A DNA stretch of 64,000 nucleotides from Euglena gracilis (lineage: Eukaryota). The position numbers were made by a program, and so were the translations under genes. The DNA is taken from assembly GCA_039621445.1 (NCBI GenBank), contig CP154954.1, positions 49,455,847-49,519,846 of the forward strand, given 5' to 3'. Of this stretch, positions 45,840 through 58,200 are shown piece after piece (positions within the stretch are counted from its first letter, which is position 1; each line of letters starts with the position of its first letter). Under the pieces are notes generated by a model. The model saw only the letters and a list, made by a program, of their open reading frames with translations, ran no database searches and was not told where the DNA came from.

Positions 45840-48800
45840 ATGACAGATACAACGGACCTAAACGGTTCCCCAACTGAATCCCTCTCCCGTGCCACGGCGA
45901 ATGTGTCGCACGGCTTGTGCCCCTGTCGGCCCCAGCGCTCCGGCCCATCCATCGATGTCCGAGGGGGTTCCGAGCGACGAGGCCCCGGGCAGGCCGAATT
46001 TCAAGGCAAGGTCGACCCCACCCCGGGGGGGGGGGGGGTGCCTGCCTGTGCATGCAGTCCACGGCAGCCAGATCTGACCTCCCAGGGGGTCGGGCACATG
46101 GCCAAGAGTGCGGGTGTCGGAGTGCGGGTGCCCTGGAGTACCTGGGCGGGCAGGCATCCCAGCCCCCGGGGGATTGCGTGTCCGCCTGGTCGTGGGATTA
46201 AAAGCAAAAAATAGGCCCGTTCTGGACTTCTGGCGCCTTCGGGGCCAGAGTGCCTTGGTCGAGTGCCCAGCCTCCCCCCCCCGGGGGGGTTGGTCGAAGG
46301 CAGCCTGACCCCGGGGGGCACGGCGGACCACTGTGCCAGCCCGCCGCCAGACGCCCCCCCGCTGGAGGCCCCCGAGGCGGAGGGGCACTCCGAGGACAGC
46401 AGCGTCGGGGCCCCGGCGACGGCCGCTGCGGAGCAACCCCCGCCCCGCGCCACCGTCTTACAGGAAGGCGGCGCACGGCGTTTGGTGAGGGGTTGGGGGC
46501 ATTTGGTCAGGGGACCACACGACGGCATGCATGTTCGCAAGGTCTGTTGGTCTGTTGGTTGCTGGTGGCATGTTGCAAGGTCTGTTGGTCCGTTGCTGTG
46601 TTGGCTGTGTTTGCTGTGTTGGCTGCGTTGCTGTGCGCGTTGCCTGTCGTGTTGTTGGCCCGCTGCTTGCCCCCCCCCCCTGCGCTGGGCGGGCGTGGCT
46701 GAGCGCCATCCGCAGCGGCCTCGCGCCGTCCCCCGAGGCCAAGGCCGTCGGCCGGCCCTCCGCCGGCTCCGAGCGCGACCTCGCCGCCCGGTGAGCTGCC
46801 GGCCGCGGGGCCCGGTCTCGGCACAGCCCAGTGGGCATCGGGGGATCGGGGAAGGGGCAAGTGCTGTGGGGGGGGCGGCTCACCGGCCCCGGCGCGCCAC
46901 GCCCGGCCAAGGGCAAGGGGCGGCGGAAGCGGGCCACGCCCGCCACCCGATCAACACCGCGCGGTACAAGACCCGGTGCATCAACTGGGACGGGACGCCC
47001 AGCCCCGCCGCCCTGGGCCTCCGAACCGGCGTTGGCGGCCCCGCCATATTCGCCAAACCATATTCGCCCCCGCGGGCGAATACGGTTTGCTGGAGCCGAC
47101 GTGCGGCCACTGCGCAGCGCAGGCACAGCCCGATGGGGGTAAAGTGCGATGGGTGTTGGCCTGTGCCCTGGCCCCGGCCCCGTACGCCCCCGCCATTCGC
47201 CCACGGCATGCGGGGGCTGGCCTGCGGCATACAGAGCCGACGCGGCACTGCGGCCCAGTGCTCGCCCACGGGGGGATGGTGGGGGCTCCCGGCACGCCCC
47301 CACACGCGGGGGGGGCCCCGGCGCCGTACGGCGCGGGTTCGCCGGCGCCGGCCCACCCAGCCCCAGCCGACCAGCCCCAGCAGTGGAGAGTTCCGTACCT
47401 TGTTGTTGAGTTTTTTTTTTTGCATTTTTTTTTTTTGCATTTTTTGCTTTCCAATTTTCAAAAATTCGTCGGGGATTGCAGATTGCTCCTGTACCAGGCC
47501 AGAACAGATTGCATGCAACCAGGCTTGCTTTGCCTACCCCACGGGGGGGGGGGGGGGCAGGCACCCCCAGGGGGGGGCCCCGGGGGGGGGGTGCCTGCCC
47601 ATAGCAGGCACCCCCCTCCGACCTCGGCGCCAAAGGTGCCGGGGGCCCAGAAAAAGCCATTTTCAATGAAAATTTTCTGGGTCCCCCCTGGACCCCGGGG
47701 GGGTGTGCCTGCTAGGGGCAGGCACCCTGCAGCGCCCACCCACCCCCCTCCCCCCGGTCGGTAAGCACAAGCATGCATGCAAAACATTTCTTTAAGCCAT
47801 GACCCCCCCAATTTCCTGCCGCCCCCCCCCCCAATGGTGCGGCCGCCTCCGGGACAAGGAGCAGGCGCTGTTGGGGACGTCCGAGCATTTCTGCCTTGAG
47901 GGCCAGGGGGCCGAGGTCTGCCGCCTCTGCCCCGCGCCCACTCTGCCGGAGATGCCTCTGGCGGCGTTCGCCCCACCACTGCCGCCGCCGCCGCCCCCAC
48001 AAATGCTGTGTGTGCCGGCCAGCCCGGCCGTGCTTGCCATGCCTTTCCCATCCGACCCCACCATGGCCAAATCATCTCGGGCCCAATCCATTGATTTATT
48101 TGACACCTGTGTTTCCCCTCCGCCTGGGGGTTCGAGGATAGGTGGGTGGGTTGTGCTGCTGCCCCCAGTATCGTATGGTCTAGTCTGGACCCCCCACGCC
48201 CCACCTCCTCCCCACTCATTTGATTCCCTGCCCAGGAGTTGGTCAAACTCAGCCCGGTGGGGGGGGGGTTGTCTCCCCCTGTATCAGAAGTCTGGACCCG
48301 TGTGCTTTTCTATACCATGCCATTCCCTTCACACCACACCTGCCAGAATGGGAAATTGCCAGGGACATCAATGCGCTGATTTTTGGGTGACAATTTCTCA
48401 ATGCAAAGGGGGGCTGGGTTAAGATGGGCGTACCTGTGCATGTGCGTAATCATAAACATACATATATATACGTACATGCACATGTGTACGTCGCGCGCGC
48501 GCACACACACGCACACACACACACACACACACACTCACTCACTCAAACATCAAACACCCAACCGGCAACCAAACCGGCGGCCGGGGTGCCCTCCGCTTTC
48601 CTCCCTGTACTCCGCGGGGGTGCCCCTGTCGCTGGTCAACACGACGCCCTACCCGTGCCCGCTCCCCGCGATCGGCTTTGCCCCGAGCCAGGGCGTCGCT
48701 TCATTCGAAGTGACCCCATCCCCAAGTCCAGCCAACAGACGCTTTTTTCCAGCCTGTGGCCTCCTCCCCTCATTGACAAGTTTTTATTTTTTCCAGCCGC

Positions 48801-51800
48801 CTGAAGGGTGGATGAGCGGCAATGGGTTTTTTTTCTTTTTGGAGGCACAAAAAAATGGGTAAAAATGGGTCAGAGTGGGCTGCCAGGGCAAAATTTGGGG
48901 TTAAAAAAAAACGAAATTTTGCATAGTTGGCAGTTTTTTGCACTTTTTGCGGTTTCGATTTTTGGGACCTGTTCGACCCCAGGTGAGGCCCAGTCACAAC
49001 CGCCCTTGGGGGGGGGGCAGTCAGCAGCCTTCTCCGGCCAGCCCAGGTTTTCCAGCCTCTCAGCTTGACCTCCCCCTGGTGGTGGGTCGTTAAGCGACGC
49101 CCTGCCCTGGGCTGCCTGCAGCCCCTGCCGGTGTGCGGCATTTAGGCGGGCAGGGGTGGCCGGCGCGAGGTCAGTCTGTTGACCTCGGCGTCGGGGCGGC
49201 TCCCCCTCGCCCTCGGCCAAAGTTGCCAGCCGGCGCCTGTACTGTAACCTCTTTCGAGGCTGGCTTATTTCCGTTGCAAAGCGAAGTTAATTTTTTTGGA
49301 TCTCAAAATTGACCACCAATAGTGTGTTCCCCGAAGCCCCCTCCCCCCCCTCGGAGGTCCCCTGAGGAGATGGGTGGGTTGGTGACCCCTCCCCAGACAC
49401 TAAAAATACCTCTGGCCAGGAAACCCGTTCCGGGAGGTTGACCAGTGCTCGACTGCTGACCGGCAATGTTGAAGCAAATTCAGGTCCCGACCTGGGTTTC
49501 CGAAATCGTTCTTTGTTCTTTCTTCTTGTCGTGGAAGTGTTAAACCGTTGCCCAACTCAATTTTTGCAGAAAATTTGAAGAGGCTAGTTTGAAGGAGTAA
49601 GTCCAGGGCCAGGGGGGGGGGGTCCAAAAATGTGTTTTTGCTGGGGGGGGAGGGTTGACATGTCGGCGTGAATTTTGGGAGTTTTCTTGTCCTTTTGCCT
49701 GTTCTTCTAACTAAAAAATGCACCGAAGAAATGCACCGAAGAAATGCATATCCGGAATGATGTGAAAATGCAAATTTTACACCAAGGAAGAACTTGGGGT
49801 TTTGCTCTGAACCAGTAATCGTCCTGGCACACCTCGGCAGACGCCCCCCACAGTGCCCCAATAATTTGGACTCCTCCTTGGGGGACGCTTTCACACCGCA
49901 TGCACCGCGTGACGCACCGCGTGCGAAGAATCATTCCCAAAATGTGCAATTTTCACAAATTTCCGCCAGAACTCCATTTGTAGTTGATTTCAATTAATTT
50001 TGGCTGGTTTCCTGCAAATCAGCCACTTTTGGCCTCTTTTGGCTTTTTTTGCCAAACCAATTTTTTTTTGGACCACTCTTGGCTGTTTGTATGCATTTTT
50101 GCTCATTTACATCAATTTTTGGCTGCTTCTGGCCCGTTTTCCACATTCGTTTGGCCATTTTGGGCACCTTTCACTGCTTTTAGCCACTTTTTTTGCCCAT
50201 TTTTTGGCCACTTTTGGCCGTTTTGTGGCCACTACACAGATGCAGTGGCCATTGGCACAGACTTGGTGAGATGTGGTGGCCAGATGATTTGGGCCAAAAA
50301 GAAAACAGAAAATGATCAAAATCACCCAAAAATGCTATTTTTTTGGTGCAGTTTTGTAATCGATGGGTGCCGGGTGTTTTCTCTCATTCAGTCATTTTAG
50401 GTTGTAACTGATTCTTGTCACACGGTGCCACGTGGTGCACGTGGCGGAAGCTTCCCCTTGGCTTTCCTCATTCTCTAATAAAAACGATCATGGTGAAGCA
50501 AAAAACCTGTATGTTTTGCTCTTGACCAAATACCGCCTTTTTTTGTTTATTTTTTTCTCGATGACATAAGATTAATCTATTAATTATTTAATAGTAGTAT
50601 TTTTTGATTTCTGATGGGAAGTGATTTCGACTCAAAATAATTACTCCATTTGGGCACCTTTTTTTTCCTGGGACCAAACCTTTCCTCCTGAATTTGCATT
50701 TTTAATAATTTTTGGCCAACAATTTGCTTCCTTTGAGAATCAACATGTTCAAAACCACAAAAGAACATAATTTTTGACCGTATTGTTACACCTAGACTTG
50801 CATTGAAGCTCTCGCACCTTTCTTTGCGCAATTGGGCAAACGGAGTGACTTTTTTACATTTCGATTCTCGGCAACAAAAAGTTATATTTACCCCTTTTTT
50901 GATGGTTTGGGGACAGGGAGGTGGTCTGGGCTTGGGTGGGGTCCCCACCCACCCACCCACCCCGCACCCGAAGGAGCAGAGGTTGGCACTGAAGTTGACC
51001 TCAACGCTCGCACATTTGCCAACCTCCGTGCCGGCCCTCCGCCGTCGCTCCCGCCCGCCCCGCTGCCCGCCGGGGGTGCCTCTCCCGTCAGGCACCGCCC
51101 GGTGGTCGCTGGGTCACACGTGACGTGCCTGCCTCCTTTCTGGCAGGGCGTTGCTGCCATCGGAAGGCTCAGCCCACCATTTTGTGCTTTCGGGATGGAC
51201 CTGGTGAAAATAGAACAGTTCAAATGGATCCCGCGGTATGGTTTTGAATAATTGTGTGGATTTCTTTCAAAGTTGGTCCGATTCATACGAGCGACGTCGG
51301 ATCCGGGGGAGGGGGGGGGGGCAGGTTTGGAGCCGAAGTCAGGTACAATTGGATAGCAAACCCGTCTGTCGGTAATGCGCGGGAACAAAGTGGTCGCCAG
51401 GTTTATAAATTCTGTCCCTTAAGGTTGACCCCCTTCCATCACATCTGGCGTGAACCAATCACTGGGGGGGTTACCCTTGACATGAAACCACCCCTGGGCC
51501 AAACGGCAAAGCTGTATCTATATTACGCCTTATAGAGAGCAAATAATAACAGCCGGACAAAATGTGCTGTCAGGTATTTAAGAAAGACATAACCAAGTAT
51601 TTTTTCCCCCTGCTGCTCATCCCATAGTTCTATTTCCTGGTTCTGGGTGACTGGGTATGTCAGCTTCAGGACATTAATTGTTTTACGGTACAGTAACTAA
51701 CCCAAGAAATGGTCAGTCATTTCAGGAGGCTCCCTCCTGAAATGACCTCAAGGTCGGAATTTTTCATTTCCCCACCGGGTGCAAAGCAATGACCCCCGGT

Positions 51801-52234
51801 GTGCCCTCGGTTTATGCCCTCGTTGTACAGCCAACCAGCTGGATCTCATCAATTCCCACGCTTCCGGAGTGGAGGGAGTGGGGCAGCAACCAGCCCAAGC
51901 CTCGGCAACCCCTGAAACCTGCCTGACCTTTTGTTGCCCGGCGGTCGGTCGGACCGCGTCCGGCCGGCTGCTGACTGGCAGCTGTAGGGTGCGGGGGGCG
52001 CGCGCCCCTCGGAAACCGATGCGCACGCTGACCTTTGGATAACCGCTCCGCGGCGTTCTTTCCCGTGTCCAGGTGTGTGTGTGTGGCGTTGCCTGACCTG
52101 GTGACTAACTCAGCAGAGACACACCAGGGGTGGATTCCACCCCCTTCGTCACATGCCTTTTGCCCGCCAGATGCCAAAGCTGTCTTTGCCACCCTCAAAC
52201 ACATATACCTACACTGCCACACACTCACGCTCAC

Positions 52235-52267
<33 letters not shown>

Positions 52268-55200
52268 TCAACCCCTCATTCACACACACACACACACACA
52301 CACCAGAGCGATCTGTCAGGGACAGGATTTCGGTTTTTTTTCCCTGCCCCTCAAGCAGGCATTTGCTTAAGGGATTGCAGTACCCCCCGGGGGGGGGGGG
52401 CTGGACTGCAGCTAGTCCAAATTTGGCTAGTGGGATTTCTAGCAGCCCCCCCGGGGGGGGGGGGGTCTGCTAGCAGGGCTAGCTAGTGGAAATTTTTTTC
52501 CCAGTGACCAGCGCGAAGCGCCGAAATTTTTTTTTGGGACCACCAAAAATGGCCAAAATGCCCGTTTTTGGCCATTTTTGGGAATTTTTGGAACAAAATC
52601 AGCCAAAAACCTATTAAAAACCTCATTTTTCCTCCGGCGCACAGCGCCGGGGGAAAATTTTTTTTCCAGTCCGGGGGACCCCCGGACCCCCCCCCCCCCC
52701 CCGGGGGGGTTCTGCTAGTCCCTTTTTTCCAGTGTCTAGCCGATTGGCTAGCCAGTACCCCCCCCCCGGGGTCCTTAAGCAAATTCCTGCCCTCAAGGAC
52801 CGCCATTTTTTGACTGCTATTTGGCCAAAAGGCGGGCTGAGACCGCTATGAGGCTGGAATCGGTCCCGAAATTTAGAAGGCAAAATTTCCACTTTAGCAC
52901 TTTAGCCACTCAGGCCGAATGGCTGGACATCAAAACTGTTCACCAATTCTTCAAAATTCTTCTGTCAGAGCATCTGAAAATTTGTCCATCTGACAGGAAA
53001 TCCACAATATTTCGGTGAAGCACAAGAGAGAAAAACCAGTAAATAAATCCAATGTTTTTGGACCATCCCCCATCCTCCCAAAACATGAAAGGGAAAACCC
53101 CCTGGTAGGCGTCTGAAAGGTGATTGAGTTTTTTTGAAAGTTGAAAATGGCCTCCCCTGGAGGTCGGCAAGCAAACGGTCCAGTGTTCTTCCTGGCCAAG
53201 AAAGCATTGCTGCTGGTGGCACCTAAACACCCTTGCAGAACAGCCGTGCAGACTCACTGTGATTGTGGCTGGAGTCTGCCTTTCGACTTGCATTATGTTT
53301 TGTGCAAGCCAGCAGGCTTTAACAAGCACAAACACGTCAGACAACATGCATGATTCAACACAGAACTATTTGCATACATTCTTTGATACCTTCGTAACCT
53401 GTTGGCTGCACATATCCCATATTATACAAACCAGTACAGAATCCAGATCTCTTGGATAAAGCCACACATGCAACCATTCAGGGAGCTTTGAGGCGACCAC
53501 CTTTCTTCGGCTGTGGAGGCACGGTTGGGGGGGGGGTACAGTTGGAAACATCCGTGTGCAATAGGAATGGTGCATGCACTCTTTCCCAGAATCTTTTCTC
53601 CAAGTACTGTGAAATATACAATACTGATGAAGCCCATTTTATTTGCCTCCTGTTATCAGTCAAGTCCCGCAGCATTCTTTGCCCTTTTTTTAACAATCGA
53701 CCACCATGGGAGGAGAAACTGCATTCTTTGACATTTGGACTCTGGAAAGAGGATCTTTAGTGGGCTTCCGAAGCCGTGCCTACACATAATGTGCACGGGG
53801 GTGCGGATGGGGCGTTCCGTTTGGTGGACCTTGGCAGCCTGGCTCAGGGGGACCAAAAACCTCGACTGAGCGGTGATCTGGTGCGCTTTGGCCATGGCCA
53901 TTGACCACTGCACAGGAGGTGCTGGAGAGGGATGTCCTCCCTTCACATCAGAAGTTGCCGTGTGGTGCTGCAGAAAGCCTTTTTCAACCCCGTGTGAAAA
54001 GATTCTTTCGAGCCTCCTCAAACAACGTCGACAGCTCGACGGACATTCGAGCAGACTCTCAAGCTTCCTCGAGCAACCTAGAACGAACGTTCGAGGAGGC
54101 TCGCGAGCCTCCTCCTACATATGTTTTATTTTATTTTGGGACCCTACAAACAGTTGCGTGCGAAAAGGCAAAAGAAAGTTGCACACACATACACACACAC
54201 ACACACACACGTGACACAAGAATTTTTGTTGATTGTGTTTGGCCCCTGCGAACAGTTAAGCACATGCATTGAGGTCGTGCTTTGCCCCTGTGGATTGTTT
54301 CTACCTGATGCACACACAGGAGTGAGCTCGATTTTCACAGTGCCATCCCTTGATAAGCGCACTCATGGGCGTTCGAGGTCGTCCGAAGAGGCCCAAGAGC
54401 CTCCTCCTGCCATGACCTGTTCCCACCTCTCCAGCCCCCTCCTCTGCTCAGCGTTCTCTGTTTCCACATGGCCTCTCTGGTGGCTGCTTTCACTCCTGCT
54501 CCCCACCAAGCAAGAGGTATTGGGCGCATCAGCACCAAAGACATTAACGAGTGGAAAAAGGAATGTGTAAGTTGGAATATGGGCAGCTACGGTCAGCTGA
54601 CAGCCGCAGTTGCAGCCATGGCACACATCAGACATGTGCAATGCAATGGCCAAGAAAGCAATTCCGTCTGCCAAACACAAAATTTCTCTGGTGTTCTTGA
54701 CACCCATTCAATTGGCTGTGTTTTGGTTAGTGGAAAGCAAGCACCTATAAAATGACTGGGTGTGGCTGGGAGTGACTGGAAATTGTGGCCACACCTGGCC
54801 ATTGTTGATCACATTCGGATTTTTTGTCCTTTTTGTCTGTTTTTAGCCATTGTTGGCCATTGTGGATATCTGTGGATATTTTTGACTATTTTTGGGCAGT
54901 TCGGCCACTTTTGGTCATTTTCGGCCATTTTGGCAACCTTTAGCCACTTTTGGCCATTTTTGGCTTTTTCTGGCACTGAGCGTGGCTGAGTGTGACTGAG
55001 CATGAGGCGTGACTGGGAATGGCTGGGCGCAGGGAGGGGCAAAATATGCACCGTGCAGTTTTTGCAGTTTTTTGCAGTTTTTCACATTTTGGGTTTTTTG
55101 CAGTTTTTTTTCTGAAAAAAAACTGCACACGTGCAGTTTTTTGCAGTTTTTTTTATTTCAGTTTTGAGGAAACCTGAGGTGCTCATTTTTCGGTGTTCTG

Positions 55201-58200
55201 CGCCTTGTTACGCTGGATTATATTGTTAGAAGGGTGTTTCTCAAGAAAAAGTCTCTCTCAAAAAATCTCTTCGTGAGTTGTGTTGTCTACAGTAATCCCA
55301 CCAGTTGTCTTGCCCCCAACCGTTTTGCCAACTGCCTTGCCTCTCGACACAACAGAAATTGTTGTAGCCACCATTCCAAAAAGCAGATTGTTTCGGCGAC
55401 AACGCCACAATTTCTCCCCAACCAAAATCGCTCCATCTCCAACTTGTGCATGTGGTGACAGATGTCACGATGCTTATTTTGGCAGTCGTCATTTGCACAC
55501 TCCTGAGCAGATTCAACTAATTATTTTGGGATTCGGGGACTAAATCCAAAAACTGTTTTTTGTGTGCAAATTTTGGTTTAAGTTGGAGTTTTCGAGATTC
55601 GTGGAGACGCAAAGGAGCACGAGCTCCTGTAGAAGATTGGGCCTTGTCCCAAGCATTGTGGCCAAATATCACACAAGCCAAATGTTTCAAAGAAGTCATT
55701 CTTATTTGCAAGAAATTCCCAGACCATTTGGCAATCCCCTAAAGACAGTATTCAAAGTTTGTGATGCTTCTTGTAGATTTTTTTTAGTTTTTTAGATTTT
55801 TTGCATCGTGACATGGGTGAAGTTCATCAGGTGATGGACCGAAAGTTCCAAAACTGAACATCCCATGCAAGAATTAAAAGCATAGAAGCTTTCTGCATAT
55901 GGGTGTGTGCATTTTTTTCATTTTTAGTTGTTTGGCACCTCCGTGGGCATGGCCGTCACAAGCTTTGGTGCAGGAAAACCAGTGTGAACCAGCATCCAAA
56001 CCAAACACATAATTTTTGTTTCAGTGCATGAAAATCCAGGTACAGTGTACCTTGCAGGGATTTTTTTAAGTTTGGACCCCCGGGGGGGGGGGAGGGGGAG
56101 GGGTAGGGTAGGTGGGTCCGGCCGAGCCCCCCCCCCCCCCGGGGGGGCCGGAGGGGGGGGGGATATACTTTTCGGCGCCACAGGCGCCGAAAAAAATTCT
56201 ATTTTTAGCACTTTTCGCAATTTTTCGGCCATTTTTTGTGGTCCCCTGGGACCCCCTCCCCCCCCCCAAGGGGGTGGGTGGGTGGGGGGGACCCCCCCTC
56301 CCCCCCGGTCTTAAAAAACCCCTGGTACCTTGATTGATTGCTTCCATTTTTATTGTCATCAGCTCCAAAGCTGTGCAAAAGTTAGGTGAATTGGGGCGTT
56401 CTCATGTGATTACAATTTACTTTTTTTGCATATGCACACCATTTCAGCTTGTTTATTGTTATTTTTTGTTGATGTGCAGTTTTTTGCAGTTTTTTTTGCA
56501 GTTTTTTTTGCAGTTTTTTTTGCAGTTTTTTGCAGTTTTTTGCAGTTTTTTGCAGTGCAGTTTTTTGACCTGCCCGTGTGCAGTTTTTGCCCCCCCCCCC
56601 CTGCTGGGCGTGACTGGGCGTGACTGGGCGTGAATGGGTTTGGGATCCTGGCCCGTCAGCTGATTATCGCTGGCAAAACAAAGCGCATTTTATCTGCGGT
56701 GGTGTCCAGTGGCAGTTAGCTTTGGGGCCCCTGGTTCCGTCCCCCAAACCCAGTCAACGCTCAACGTCCCCTCCCAGCCATACCTCTTGGCCCCCAAGTC
56801 TCGCCCGCCACCGCTCCAGACGGCGAGAAGGGACACGGGCGCCGACCGCCAAAGGCGAAGAGTGCGAAGGCCACCGTGTGCCTGGACTACCTGAAGGGGA
56901 AGTGCACGCGAGAGCGGCGCGCACTTGACTCACCCCCCCCCCCTACCTCTCCGCCCTGGAGGGGTGAGTCCCAAAGATTACCGGCTTGTCAGTTCGGAAG
57001 ATCTCCGGTTGATCACGGTGCAAATGCCAATTTGTATCCACACCTGAACGCATTTCTCTCTTGGCCGCTGATGGTTTTGACCTTTTGGTGCCTCCGGGCT
57101 CAAGGCTGCCTCGTCCACCCAAATGTGCGGGCAAGGAGCGTTTTAAGACAATTCCGAAAGAATGTGTCGTTCTCAAATGCAACATGTGTTGTTGTTTTTC
57201 CCAACAAATATGGACCCTCTGCTGCATTCCAGGAATGCTGAACTTTTTTTTTTAACTGAACAATGTTTTTTAATTTTGTTTCGCTTCAAAAGGTTTGGTG
57301 ACAGCAGAGGTTGTTCTGTTTTTTAATATAAAAAAATTGAGGGCTTTTGTGCCACAGTCCTACAGATTGCCCTGTTGCTGATATTGGTAGGCACCTGGAG
57401 TGTGTATTTTTAGTTAAAAAATACTGCATTCATTTTCCAAAAAAAAAGCACCACAGACCTTCCGTCTTGTTTTTCTATTGTTGCCTACGCTTCGCCATTT
57501 TTTGAAGAGGATGGGGACAGTAGCATCTCCTTTTCTTGAGTTTGTCTGGCCAGCCTCAATGTCACTGCTACGTGTCTCTACCTCCCCCCCCCCCCTGGGG
57601 GAGCAACTGCCATGGCTGAGACCCTGCCAGCGTGCCACCCAAAAAAGATAATGACCATGAAAAATTCCCAATTTTGGTGCCGATTTTCCCCCAAAACCAA
57701 AAAATTGGTCAGTTTGTTGTCTTTGTTGCATTTTATTTGTCAACAAAATGTTTATTCTTTTGCAAGATGAAGAGGAGGGGTGGAACCGAAAATCCTCTCC
57801 AACAGAAAGTGTACATCCCGGGGGAGCACCTAAGTCATTTTACATGCAATTTGCATGTTTTTTTGTGTCTGTGTGTTTTTTTTTGCGTTGCGTGCTTTGA
57901 CGGTCCATGTTGGGTTTTCCTCCCCCTGGTGGCAGTTACCCCCGGGCCGGCCCTCCAGACAAAGGCACACCTTTCGACGACGCGGGGGGGGGGGGGGGCA
58001 GGTGACCATGCACAGACCAGTCAAACCGGGGAACCACCCCGCCGCCTTGAGTCAGGCGCGCCGGCCAGTGCCGCTACCCCCACCCCGACCTGACCCTGTT
58101 CCAGCGCCTGAGCGACACCGCCGGCGAGCAGGTGTGCGAGGTGTGGGCCGCCACCGGCCAGTGCAAGTTCGGGGCGAAGTGCAACCGCCTGCACCCCGCC

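Noticed and set aside
46263-47669. 468-aa ORF as a single-exon gene
   Set aside because: It runs through obvious intronic low-complexity and MITE sequence; only parts look coding.
52900-55900. Possible decayed transposase or gene
   Set aside because: Coding-like in texture, but no frame gave a motif I could recognise; needs tBLASTx.
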